A stretch of 64,000 nucleotides of DNA. It comes from Octopus bimaculoides (lineage: Eukaryota). Shown piece by piece: positions 23,973 through 36,530 of the stretch (the first letter of the stretch is position 1; each line of letters begins with the position of its first letter). The DNA lies in NCBI RefSeq assembly GCF_001194135.2, contig NC_068989.1, forward strand, positions 10,903,652 to 10,967,651, given 5' to 3'. A model generated the notes under the pieces. The model saw only the letters and a program-made list of their open reading frames with translations, did no database searches and was not told where the DNA came from. A program made the translations under genes and the position numbers.

Positions 23973-24878
23973 NNNNNNNNNNNNNNNNNNNNNNNNNNNN
24001 NNNNNNNNNNNNNNNNNNNNNNNNNNNNNNNNNNNNNNNNNNNNNNNNNNNNNNNNNNNNNNNNNNNNNNNNNNNNNNNNNNNNNNNNNNNNNNNNNNNN
24101 NNNNNNNNNNNNNNNNNNNNNNNNNNNNNNNNNNNNNNNNNNNNNNNNNNNNNNNNNNNNNNNNNNNNNNNNNNNNNNNNNNNNNNNNNNNNNNNNNNNN
24201 NNNNNNNNNNNNNNNNNNNNNNNNNNNNNNNNNNNNNNNNNNNNNNNNNNNNNNNNNNNNNNNNNNNNNNNNNNNNNNNNNNNNNNNNNNNNNNNNNNNN
24301 NNNNNNNNNNNNNNNNNNNNNNNNNNNNNNNNNNNNNNNNNNNNNNNNNNNNNNNNNNNNNNNNNNNNNNNNNNNNNNNNNNNNNNNNNNNNNNNNNNNN
24401 NNNNNNNNNNNNNNNNNNNNNNNNNNNNNNNNNNNNNNNNNNNNNNNNNNNNNNNNNNNNNNNNNNNNNNNNNNNNNNNNNNNNNNNNNNNNNNNNNNNN
24501 NNNNNNNNNNNNNNNNNNNNNNNNNNNNNNNNNNNNNNNNNNNNNNNNNNNNNNNNNNNNNNNNNNNNNNNNNNNNNNNNNNNNNNNNNNNNNNNNNNNN
24601 NNNNNNNNNNNNNNNNNNNNNNNNNNNNNNNNNNNNNNNNNNNNNNNNNNNNNNNNNNNNNNNNNNNNNNNNNNNNNNNNNNNNNNNNNNNNNNNNNNNN
24701 NNNNNNNNNNNNNNNNNNNNNNNNNNNNNNNNNNNNNNNNNNNNNNNNNNNNNNNNNNNNNNNNNNNNNNNNNNNNNNNNNNNNNNNNNNNNNNNNNNNN
24801 NNNNNNNNNNNNNNNNNNNNNNNNNNNNNNNNNNNNNNNNNNNNNNNNNNNNNNNNNNNNNNNNNNNNNNNNNNNNNC

Positions 24879-25214
24879 GACCTCGGCGGAATTTGAACTC
24901 AGAACGTAGCGACGGGCGAAATACCTATTTCTTTACTGCCCACAAGGGGCTACACAGAGAGGGGACAAACAAGGACAGACAAACGGATTAAGTCGATTAT
25001 ATCGACCCCAGTGCGTAACTGGTACTTAATTTATCGACACCGAAAGGATGAAAGGCAAAGTCGACCTCGGCGGAATTTGAACTCAGAACGCAGTGGCAGA
25101 CGAAATACCGCTAAGCATTTCGCCCGGTGTGCTAACGTTTCTGCCAGCACGCCGACGGGCGAAATACCGCTAAGCATTTCGTCCAGCGTGCTAACAATTG
25201 TGCCGGCTCGCCAC
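24879..25214 (-). mobile_element. SINE family A (24926-25152) nested in another family A copy
   Basis: 16-nt TSD CGACGGGCGAAATACC at 24910-24925 and 25153-25168. Confidence 0.9.
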
Positions 25215-25810
25215 CTTTCTCTCTCTTGTAATAATGACATCGTGTCAAACATATTAATTACATTTGGGTATTTGTACAGAGTAAATCGAAGCTAGTTAGG
25301 AAACAAAGCACTCTTGTCAAACAGCATTTACCACACCCACTTAAAACGCACTCACGCATGCACAGTCTATATACACATGCACAAATACACATACACACAC
25401 ACATATACACATTGCGTTCACCCATACATATACGTTCGCACCTGTCAGCATATATAAAATCATTATACGCACGTACGCTCAGATTTTTTTTTTATTCTAC
25501 GTATGTTGATGTTGTCTTATCTGTTAGAATACTTCGTTCTGGTCTTGACAATAAAATATTGTAACAGAAATTCGCATAATAAACAAAACAGATACGTGGA
25601 TGGAACACAAGAATACGGTTAGCAGTAAACTGTCTAAAATATTACACAAAATAAGAAGGATTATAATAACATGACACAAATAACTCATCAACTCAGCACG
25701 AGGTATTAATATTCTTGGCATAACACTATTCCTTGGTGTTCGAGATAATCTTAAAACGGTTGGAGAATATCATCCTAATAAGGCAACGAACATACGTTAA
25801 ACTTTAACGC

Positions 25811-25877
25811 ATCGCAGCTGAAATAAAGCCGATGTACTTTAACGGTTAAAGTACATCGGCTTTATTTCAGCTGCGAT
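25811..25877. repeat. Perfect 33-bp inverted repeat with a 1-nt spacer
   Basis: ATCGCAGCTGAAATAAAGCCGATGTACTTTAAC-G-GTTAAAGTACATCGGCTTTATTTCAGCTGCGAT. Confidence 0.97.
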
Positions 25878-26399
25878 CTTTGTAGCTTCTTTGTAAATGG
25901 AGTACATTTTGTTATTGTTATTGTTGTAGCTGTGGTTTTTTTTCCCATTATTATAATTCAATTTGCAACAAGAAAACGTTTGCTTTGTGGGAAGGACTGT
26001 TCCAACGAAGTCGCGTATTGTCCTTGCTTTCGAAACGCGGTGTAGATGGAACAGGGACAACTGATGAAGGGAAATATTCCTTTTTTTCGTTGTTCAAAAA
26101 CAAGTTCGTTTTCTGTTTTCGTTCCTCATTGTGTTTAACGTTTTTTTGTGATGTTCTGTACCCATATATGCATGTATGCATACACATAGATGTAGGTATG
26201 TACATATATGTATGGATATAAACATATATTAATATATTATTTATTATATATATATTATTTATTATATATATANNNNNNNNNNNNNNNNNNNNNNNNNNNN
26301 NNNNNNNNNNNNNNNNNNNNNNNNNNNNNNNNNNNNNNNNNNNNNNNNNNNNNNNNNNNNNNNNNNNNNNNNNNNNNNNNNNNNNNNNNNNNNNNNNNN

Positions 26400-26430
<31 letters not shown>

Positions 26431-27176
26431 CGACTTAATTTGAAGAGAAGTCGGAAAGTCACCAAAATACGGCTATGAACTTCTAATGATGATTATGCAT
26501 CGGAGAAATGAATGAATGAAGAACAATTAACTATGAAGGCGGTGCCCCCCCCCCCCGCATGGTCGCAATCAAATGAATGAAACTAAAATACTAAAGGTAA
26601 GAAACTAAGTTACAACTTCAGCTGAAGTGGCAAATGATTGCTTCAATACGGGTCACGTGGCGGTCTAGTGAGACGTTAACAGTGCGATCTGAACATACGG
26701 GGTTTTATTTGATTTCAAATGAAGACTCTTATCGTTTTTTACAATTATCTCATCTTTATAATGTACTAAATTTATGATAGCGTAAATTTTTGAAATCCAC
26801 AAGGTCAGCTCCTTGTTGCAGTGTGGTAGTTTGTGAACCTCAAAGACCCTGAGAGCGATGCCATCGAAGCACAAGCTTTTGGTAGGTCCTCTCATGCTGG
26901 ATAGGCCGAAAGGTAAAAGATAGGGTAATATCGACCACCCCTTGCAGACGCCGCCAACTGGGGATCATCGCAGTCTTATCATTAATGGCACGAAACTGTG
27001 TAATGCCTTCTGGCTGATAACTGATGAGGAATTGAGGGACCTTCTGCGTTTGTTTTCCGTCCGTTAGTGCACTTAATATACGGTTTCCCTTCGTCTGTGC
27101 ATTTATACGTTTTTTTTTTAGTTTGAAATTCTGTGTCGGTTTTTCGTTTGAGCATTTACTATACATTATTTCACTT

Positions 27177-27216
<40 letters not shown>

Positions 27217-27352
27217 GGAGTATTTTATTTCACTTCCATTTTATTTGCTTAGAAATTTGGAAACTTTCCTATACCTGTATATTAAAAATCTAAGGAACAA
27301 TTCATTCATTTCTCCTGACAAACCTTATAATTTGTACTAATATATAAATATT

Positions 27353-27393
<41 letters not shown>

Positions 27394-27810
27394 TCATGTA
27401 TTGTTGATGTCCTTATGTTCTGTATATATAAATACATATATTGTTTTAGGGCTGTAATTGCTCTACTTCTGAGACTCAGTTTAGTTGTTTGTTTATTTCT
27501 GTTTTCGTTTTGATTTGTATTCTTTTTCTCTCTAAATATCTCAACTTACATTTGAAAGAACATTGATAGAATGTTCGATTAAATTCCTCGTATGACATTC
27601 AGGTAGTTGTACCTTTACACGTTTAAAGGAGTAATTTGTTACAGAGACTTCTGTGAGAAGCAGACGTTTGTCATAATTTCACATTTGTTTTTCGAAATGT
27701 GAAGTTCTGTACGTTCAGGATTGCTAAAGATTATAAATATAAACAACCCAGGCTTAAGGTGTGTGCGTCTTTATATGTATATGCATGTGTGTATTATTGG
27801 TGACTGTATA

Positions 27811-27861
<51 letters not shown>

Positions 27862-27945
27862 GTGTATGTGTAAGTACGTATGTGAAATTTGAACACAATT
27901 TTTTTAATTTTGTTCTTTTTAAGTTTATCATTTCGCCACACATTT

Positions 27946-28022
<77 letters not shown>

Positions 28023-28209
28023 ACAGCTTCTAATGCTGGAGATGTACTACGATGTCAACTGTTCACTACCAGTGAACTAAAGTAACACCCCTTATTTTTC
28101 GAGCACCATCCGGAGTATTCGATCGGTTCCAAGTAGTGGTTTTCTGCTAGTGCTCCACCCTTATTGCAGCCCCTATTTGTTCCATGTACTTCTCAAGATT
28201 CTTACATTA

Positions 28210-28790
28210 TTATTATTATTATTATTATTATTTACATTCAATCTGTATTTTTGCTACAATCGCTTGCCGATACACACCCAGCGTCCTAGGGCGAGTGAAG
28301 GATAAGAGATGTTGCAATATGACTGAAAGCTTGGGGAGGGGAAGTTGCAGGGGATGTAGCGAAATATCTTCATGAAATACAATACAGACATTTAAATTGA
28401 TAGGATTTTTCTAAGGATATGAGCAGTACTTATCAACACAATCTTTTGGATTTCTCTGCGACATAGTTCTCCTGGGATGTTATCTAGATGTTTCTGCCAT
28501 CCCTTTTTTATCATACCTAAGGCACCGACAATAACAGGAACAGCTCTCTCTTTAAGATTCCTTTTGTATTTCAATTTCCAAGTCCTTATATATACTTAAT
28601 TTGTCAAATTCCTTTACAGGTATATTTTTATCAGTGGGAAGACTTACATCTATTAATCTACAAGCATTTTCTTCCCTGTCCTTGATGACTATATCTGGCC
28701 GATTAGCCTGGATCATTCTGTCGGTGTTGACTGGAAAATCCCAGAGGTTAGTAGCATTTTTACTTTCGTTAGTTTTTCTTCTTTCAGTTT
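28210..28790 (-). pseudogene. R4/Dong-like LINE 3' end (RLE domain, 3' UTR, (TAA)n tail)
   Basis: LWDFPVNTDRMIQANRPDIVIKDREENACRLIDVSLPTDKNIPVKEFDKLSIYKDLEIEIQK, then a frameshift to VPVIVGALGMIKKG...IQKIVLISTAHILRKILSI. Confidence 0.9.
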
Positions 28791-28899
28791 TGTTTCCATA
28801 TCTTGCCAAGAAACACATTGTATACATTGATAAGCTATTAAAATAAACATACCAGGTTGTTTGCAAAATCATATAAAGTTATGTACAAAAAAAAAACTT

Positions 28900-29550
28900 A
28901 TATGGAACGTTGTCGTTCTTACAGCTGCAATACTCTTCTCAATACGTGTGACTTATCAGTTAAGACATTTGCACTTTTTGCAGGGGTGGTAAGCCAGGGA
29001 TCATTCTCAAATAGTTTTCATTTCTATCGCCCCTACAACCACTGGTATTTTAACTGCCTTAAGATGCTATATTTTTCCGATTTGAATGAGCAAATTTTTA
29101 TATTTTCTGAGTCTGTCAAATTCTTTTTGTTATGATCCCAAGGGATATTCATGTTAATAAATAAGCAGACTTTACTATTCTGGGTTTTTTACAACAATAT
29201 CCGATTTACTGGCGTTCGTAGTTCTGTCCGTATGCACAGAAAAGTCCCAAAGGATTATTATATTTTCTCCGTCAGTTACAGCCTCAGAGCCACGCTAATA
29301 TCACTTGTCAACAATTTTGATTTTTTAATGCCAATATATTAACCCATGTAGACATTAACCAACAATATCATGTCTTGATTTATACTCTACTGGTACTAAC
29401 CCTTTACATCCAAAGATTAAGTGGTCCATTGTTTCAATCTCATCATTGGAGAATCAGCTCTTTGGATCTACTCCATTTTTTAAAATATTAGCTTGGTAGT
29501 TCCGGGTCAATAAGCTTTGATCTTGAGCAGTTAAGATGAAGCCTTCGCTT
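28900..29550 (-). pseudogene. Second R4/Dong-like LINE 3' end (zinc-knuckle remnant plus RLE)
   Basis: Manual translation: EGFILTAQDQSLLTRNYQANILKNGVDPK...ETMDHLIFGC...YKSRHD...ILWDFSVHTDRT...KEFDRLRKYKNL...IPVVVGAI...HVLRRVL, with stops and frameshifts. Confidence 0.85.
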
Positions 29551-29619
29551 CTTGCCTTCAACCCAGAGCTTCATGGGTGTGCTTTTCCTCATCATCAGCT
29601 TGTTTGCTACGGGTTACAT

Positions 29620-29868
29620 ATTTGCCTGCGAGATCCCCGTTTCAATTCCTAGACAGGCTGATGCGTTGTGTTCTAGAGTAAAGTACTTCATCTCACGTTG
29701 CTCTACCATCTCTTCAACACCTGACGCGCAGTACACCGTGCGCCTGCTCAAACACCGTTGATTTAATGGAGGAAGTGAGCTAATGTATAGCAAATATAAT
29801 TGATCATTATAAACAAACCATTTGTGCAGGTCGTTCGGTAAAAGCTGAAAACTCATACGTTGTCCGCC
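29620..29868 (+). mobile_element. SINE family C
   Basis: Homologous to 6858-7150 (TACTTCATCTCACGTTG, ACCTGACGC, AAGTGAGCT blocks). Confidence 0.75.
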
Positions 29869-29919
29869 GTTATTATTGTTGTGGTGGTAGTTGTTGAGGT
29901 TGTAGCTGTTTTTTGTTCG

Positions 29920-30045
29920 GCATTTTCACGTTCTGAGTTCAGATCTCCCTGAGGTCAACCTCCCCATTCATGTTTTTGAGGACTAATCCACTCCCAACAT
30001 AAGAATCATCGGCCTTGTACCTAAATTAGAATCCATTCTTATTAT
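29920..30045 (+). mobile_element. SINE family A fragment, internally deleted
   Basis: ACGTTCTGAGTTCAGAT...GAGGTCAAC and GGCCTTGTACCTAAATTAGAA tail. Confidence 0.55.
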
Positions 30046-30156
30046 TACTATTTAAAAAAGCTCTCATGAATGACCTCAGGGCTTATGATTTCAAGAATTC
30101 AAGTTCATGTTTTCTCAAATTAACTTTAATAGATTAGTTGCTCGACTCAATGCTGT

Positions 30157-30191
<35 letters not shown>

Positions 30192-30337
30192 TTGTTATTT
30201 GCAGGAAATGCACGTGACACGAAATTTGATAATATCGCTCATCCTTCTTTAATCTCTCTGGAGGACATGAGCAATAAAATTACTTCCTATTATCTAAGTG
30301 TCAGAACTTGTAGCTCTGACTGAAACTATGTGCATAA

Positions 30338-30398
<61 letters not shown>

Positions 30399-31559
30399 NN
30401 NNNNNNNNNNNNNNNNNNNNNNNNNNNNNNNNNNNNNNNNNNNNNNNNNNNNNNNNNNNNNNNNNNNNNNNNNNNNNNNNNNNNNNNNNNNNNNNNNNNN
30501 NNNNNNNNNNNNNNNNNNNNNNNNNNNNNNNNNNNNNNNNNNNNNNNNNNNNNNNNNNNNNNNNNNNNNNNNNNNNNNNNNNNNNNNNNNNNNNNNNNNN
30601 NNNNNNNNNNNNNNNNNNNNNNNNNNNNNNNNNNNNNNNNNNNNNNNNNNNNNNNNNNNNNNNNNNNNNNNNNNNNNNNNNNNNNNNNNNNNNNNNNNNN
30701 NNNNNNNNNNNNNNNNNNNNNNNNNNNNNNNNNNNNNNNNNNNNNNNNNNNNNNNNNNNNNNNNNNNNNNNNNNNNNNNNNNNNNNNNNNNNNNNNNNNN
30801 NNNNNNNNNNNNNNNNNNNNNNNNNNNNNNNNNNNNNNNNNNNNNNNNNNNNNNNNNNNNNNNNNNNNNNNNNNNNNNNNNNNNNNNNNNNNNNNNNNNN
30901 NNNNNNNNNNNNNNNNNNNNNNNNNNNNNNNNNNNNNNNNNNNNNNNNNNNNNNNNNNNNNNNNNNNNNNNNNNNNNNNNNNNNNNNNNNNNNNNNNNNN
31001 NNNNNNNNNNNNNNNNNNNNNNNNNNNNNNNNNNNNNNNNNNNNNNNNNNNNNNNNNNNNNNNNNNNNNNNNNNNNNNNNNNNNNNNNNNNNNNNNNNNN
31101 NNNNNNNNNNNNNNNNNNNNNNNNNNNNNNNNNNNNNNNNNNNNNNNNNNNNNNNNNNNNNNNNNNNNNNNNNNNNNNNNNNNNNNNNNNNNNNNNNNNN
31201 NNNNNNNNNNNNNNNNNNNNNNNNNNNNNNNNNNNNNNNNNNNNNNNNNNNNNNNNNNNNNNNNNNNNNNNNNNNNNNNNNNNNNNNNNNNNNNNNNNNN
31301 NNNNNNNNNNNNNNNNNNNNNNNNNNNNNNNNNNNNNNNNNNNNNNNNNNNNNNNNGAATAGCACTTATATTGTTAGAAATATGAGTTAAAACCCTTAAA
31401 ATGGCACAAGCGCACATTTATATACACTGACAGAGAAGGTAACCGGCCTTATATATATATATATATATATATTTCTTTGGGTTTTAAACACTCATTGTCT
31501 CTAATTACAATGAGAATCTCTACTAGTCAAATTTTTCCATTCCCTGCATTGCGTATAAG

Positions 31560-31830
31560 ATGATTCTGTGATACCGAACCTTCGTGAGGAGCCTGGTACG
31601 TGAAAATTATTTGGAACTTAATTCTTTACAGTCTAATTATTGGCTCCGTAGAGAAGAATTCTCTCTACACGTGACCGGAGGAAGGCCAGTTGTAAAATAT
31701 TTAATTGCTGGTCGTTTTGAATCATACCATAGGCATTCTAACTTGTCCCTTGCGTATCAGAATGCTTTATTACTGCCAGAAACATAGTACCCCCGGTATT
31801 TGATGTTACTGACTTCCTTGGGTTATGTAC
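31560..31830 (-). pseudogene. Highly decayed RTE-like LINE reverse-transcriptase C-terminal remnant
   Basis: Frame-shifted pieces KEVSNIKYRGYYV, RKGQ and LAFLRSRVERILLYGA resemble the FKYLGSY...RKG.AW...FFRA.VESILLYG pattern. Confidence 0.55.
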
Positions 31831-32144
31831 CATCGTTGGAACAAACCAGCCTGAGCACGAAACCCCGAATAAAATATTTTGTAGACATATTCCACCCATT
31901 TCTGCTATTGCTACTCAACGCAGGGCAGGTATTGCTGGTAACAGCTATTATACTGAACAACAGACAATATCAGTTATATTTTGAACTCTCCTGCACTACA
32001 TTTGGGGGACGAAACAGAGAGAAAAAAACTATGCAACAAAAGTGCATGTGTAGAATTGAATTGCGAGAAAATAGAAATAGAGATGCTGAAGAATAGGATA
32101 AGGAAAAATAGAAAGGGAAAACAGCAGAAATTATAGGAAGGCGG

Positions 32145-32176
<32 letters not shown>

Positions 32177-32689
32177 TCGTTGATGGAATTAACAAGGGAT
32201 ACAATGAGAAACAGGTTGATGAAGAAAGCATATATTTATAAAGTGAATTAGTGGTTATATAAGCAACTGGTCGAATAGTGAGTGAAAGAAAACGGAAATT
32301 TAAGGAAATAAGAGATGAATATATATATATAGGTGACTGTTGAAGAAAGAGAAGTATAAAGAAACGCATTTGTTGACGATACGAGAAGACGAGCTGCAAG
32401 CTATTTAAATTAAGAAAATAAAATAAAATGCTGCACAGGATACAATAAATGGATTCCGAGTTCTTTGCTCAGTAATAAGACAAAATATGTGTTAGTTTTC
32501 GACTAATTTCCAATATCTCTGCGAAATACATCTGAAATACCTTTGATAACTAATAGAACTTCAAAGTCTTCCGAAAAGATAAAAGAATTTCAAAGAAAAT
32601 ACACTTGTAGCATTGCAATATATTCAGTCTGCAAGCAGTATTGTAGAATATACTTGGTAAGAACATTTTGAAATTAGCTTACTTCTTAG

Positions 32690-33470
32690 AATTTAACGAG
32701 TTTGTAAGTGAACACAGTTTGAAGAATTTTTCGTGGTTATATAACCAAAACGATCCAGATTCCCTAGAATACGGTTTAGTATATTCTACACTTGACTACA
32801 GTTCTTAAAAGCTTATAGTGACTTTACTTTTCAATTCCAGACATGCTATGAAAGAGATGTGGCGCTTCTTTCTCCGGTGTCTAAAAGAATATGTGTTGCG
32901 TATACCTGCTCTTAAATATATGATCTTTAAAATCTGAATAAATTCACTGAGATATGCATTGTATACTGTGATTAGCACAGTATACAATCTCTTCTTGAGG
33001 CATAAGCCAACAAATGGTTGCGAGTTGATTTTGATACAATTGCATAGTGGTTGGTTATATGACAGAAGACTATTTCTGTAATTTCTTTTGTTGATGTCAG
33101 AAATAATATTTGCGTTGTTGCTAACAGAATCGTAGTTAGCTTTCAAGAAGTTCTTATTAAAGACTTCTGGTGTCTATGACCATAAGGAAGATTAATGCAT
33201 GTAGTGTTTCGCTTGTGCTTTTTGTAACTTTGCGGGAAGTTACAAGGTTGTTCAAATTACATTTCCTCATCTGAGCTACTCTCTTTCAAAACATTATTAG
33301 AGTGGGATCATATCTCCTTATAAAATTCTTCATCTGAAGAAATGCTAGAAGTGCGACAGTTAATGCTCTTCATTAAATTTTTAACGCCAACATAATTGTA
33401 ACTGGACGACTTAATAATATATAACAATTTTTTGTTTGGTTTCTGATTACGGCAACGCTTACATGTGTTT
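32690..33470 (-). pseudogene. Penelope-like element remnant (RT thumb/linker plus GIY-YIG endonuclease)
   Basis: VKNLMKSINCRTSSISSDEEFYKE, KRNTTCINLPY, NANIISDINKR...CNC.....P..GLCLKK..Y, TYSFRH and PYSRESG..WL..HEKFF follow the PLE motif order. Confidence 0.75.
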
Positions 33471-33616
33471 AACTGTAATATGTAAAAAATTTTTTTGCTG
33501 ATGTTGGTACCAATTATTATAATTAGAATAGACTCTTTAATTACATTTGTAAGATCTTTGCTAACAATACCTACCTAACGACCGTTCATATGAAATTTCG
33601 CTGGCCATCATAACAA

Positions 33617-33830
33617 AAATCTTTTCTATTATAGACACAAGGCCAGAAACTTGGAGGGCGAATGAGGTTAGTCGATTTCATCGACCCTCAGTACTCAATT
33701 GTTACCTATTTCATCGACCCCGAAAGGATGAAAGGCAAATTCGACCTCGGCAGAATATGAACTCAGAACATAAAAACGGACGAAATGTTACTGAACATTT
33801 TGCCCGACGTGCCAACGATTTTGCCAGCTC
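33617..33830 (-). mobile_element. SINE family A
   Basis: Full core, B-box and head on the reverse strand. Confidence 0.85.
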
Positions 33831-33963
33831 ATACATGATAGTAATAATAAAATCACTCATGAGAATAATACATTTGCCAAATGACTTATTTAAAGAAAGC
33901 TTTTAAATGGGTATCCATGTTTTTTAAACTCTACGGTGTGAAACAGAGTAAATTTGCAACTAT

Positions 33964-34119
33964 GTTACGTTCTGAGTTCAAATTCCGCCGATGTCGACTT
34001 TGCCTTCCATCCGTTCGGGGTCGATAAAAAAATCACCAGTTGAATACTGAGATCGATGTAATCGATTAGTCCCCTTCCCCAAATGATCAGGCTTGTGCCT
34101 ATAGTAGAAAGGATTATTA
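33964..34119 (+). mobile_element. SINE family A, 5'-truncated
   Basis: Starts at TTACGTTCTGAGTTCAAATTCC and ends GTGCCTATAGTAGAAAGGATTATT. Confidence 0.85.
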
Positions 34120-34459
34120 TCATAAATGCCGGGATGTCTCTACAATTTTTGAAAACAGTGCTTGCATCTAATAGCGTCAAGCTGTTTGATGTCGTTATGG
34201 ACTCGTATGATGGGCCTGGGGTTTGCAAGCTAGTGGGATTATAAAGAAAAAAAATTGATAAACTCATTGATTACAACGGAACTTACTTTTCATAAAAGCA
34301 AATTCGTAGTTTCATTACCTTGCATCTCTTATATGTTTACCAAATATACCTATTTGCTTATCACTGATTTAAAATCTAACACTTGGTTTTTAAATGGGAT
34401 TTTGGGTCTACATGGCCCTAAATGTTCAGGTTTTTCGTGTATTTTAACTTTATGGTTAA

Positions 34460-35050
34460 TGTGTGGCTTTCTTTCTAGTAAGACAACATTCCCCACCAAC
34501 AACCAAGCACAACAAACTCTACGACACCCATAACATCAATGTCAGCCACTTCTTCGTAGACAACATCGCGTTTCAGATCACACACCACAAACGAAAAAAT
34601 ACAACCACACCTCAGTGATGATGTAAACCTTAGATCAAATACCTAAACCTTCCTACGTTCCACCATGGAGAGGACATTATCGTTCCAGAGCAGCAATATG
34701 TCGAATATTTATAAGAGAAGATATCGAAAGGATTTACACGGGAATTACTGTAAACACTTTCAAAAGACTTTATTACCATATTACTCATTCAGATCAACGT
34801 ATACGGAAAGCTGAATATCTTTATCCAAATTTGGACACTCAGAGACCAAGAATGAAGCGCATTCAATAACATGGAACATCGTCCCTAAAGCCATCTTAAA
34901 TGGATCATTAAAGACCTGGTTCCACGTAAATGAAAAGCTTCCGATACTAAAACAACCAGTGACCTCGCTTAACTGGAGATGAAACATATTTAATGTTATT
35001 ATAAGTAGAAATTTCTCTTGCATAGTTACCACATGTCTGAAATTCTTACC
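34460..35050 (+). pseudogene. Penelope-like element remnant (GIY-YIG endonuclease end)
   Basis: FFLVRQHSPPTTKHNKLYDTHNINVSH...NIAFQITHHK, IYTGITVNTFKRLYYH, IWTLRD and SITWNIVPKA..NGSLK.W..VNEKLPIL...SLNWR. Confidence 0.8.
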
Positions 35051-35304
35051 CATACCGATTCAAACCGATAGCCATCAGCTCTAACAAATGTCGCAGAGTA
35101 CTCGCCCTTTTATGCCAACGGGTCTGGACTAGGTGGCTTCCCTTGGCACCATAACAGTTCAGCTAGCAATATTTCTGACATGACCATTAGTTTACCACGT
35201 GACCCTCCTAACTAATGGCAATCGGTTTAGTTGCTCCGTTACTGCACTGTTTCAACCATTGTGAAATTCTGACTAGTAATGAAATGACTCCTTGAATGAT
35301 ACCT

Positions 35305-35338
<34 letters not shown>

Positions 35339-35347
35339 AACATTTGT

Positions 35348-35426
<79 letters not shown>

Positions 35427-36207
35427 GTAGAGCGGAGTGTAGTACGCCTAATGCACGCCCAGATTTCATCGATAGGAAACTGCTTAAATTTTTGCTATAT
35501 TTTTTGTGTTGGGTCTCTTTTCTTTTTTCCTTTACATTTCCGGATCCAAACGTTTTATAACTTTTTGTTTTAGGAATCTTTGTTCAGATGCATTCTGCTA
35601 AATATATAAAGTTACATTAAAAAGACACAATAACACGGGTAGAAATGATACGCTATTTCGATGTTTAATGCTGTTTGCATACAAAAGAAAAACTCTAGTA
35701 TATATAATTTCAAAGTAATTGTATTTTTTCAATCCTCTCTTTTATTTCGCTCCAACGCTATATAACTAACTATTCTCATATATAACAGATCGCTTTAAAA
35801 TTGGTTCCTTCGTTTAATGTATATTTCCCACTAATACAACATGACCTGCAATACAAAAGAATGTTGACATTTTGACTAGGCTTAAATGAAAGAATAAAAT
35901 AAACATAAAACATAAGTTCAAATAGAAATTAGTTTAAATAGGATATCTTTCGTATCGAGACCATTCACAAAAAACAATAAATAAATAAAATAACAACAGT
36001 GTCAACCGATAGAAAAATCTGGTAGAGGATCTATTGAAAAAAGAAATAGGGTCAGCAAATAATATCAGGTTGGCGTATAAGCTATTGAAGATAATAGTAG
36101 CGGCTTATGTAATAAATTTGGCAGTGAGGTTACTGTTAAAAATGTCAGCCGACAGATTGTGAAGAAGCTGTTTTATATAATAAATGAGATGAAAGTGTTT
36201 TATATAC

Positions 36208-36247
<40 letters not shown>

Positions 36248-36335
36248 GGATAGGTAGATAGATACAGAGAGAGGGAGCATAGTAAACAAACAATGATTTT
36301 AAAAAAAGTAAAATTTGATTTAAAACTGATTTAAA

Positions 36336-36530
36336 TATAATCCTTTCCGCTAAAGGCGCAAAGCTCCTGGAAATTTGGGGAGAGAGTGTTGGTCGAGTAC
36401 ATCGACCCCAGGGTTCAACTGGTAGTTATTTTATAGAACCCGAAATGAAAAAGTAGGCATTGATAGAATTTGAACTCAGAACGTAGTGCCGACAGAATGC
36501 TGCTTGGCTTACGACTGCCTGACTGCTGCC
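36336..36530 (-). mobile_element. SINE family A, degraded
   Basis: CATCGACCCCAGGGTTCAACTGGTA core and AATTTGAACTCAGAACG. Confidence 0.7.

Noticed and set aside
26040-26090. CTGATGA followed by a hairpin (AGGGAA/TTCCTT)
   Set aside because: No GAAA after stem II, so it is not a hammerhead as seen.
26820-27070. GC-richer unique segment with a possible 60-nt exon
   Set aside because: All three frames are closed from the best acceptor; no product can be supported.
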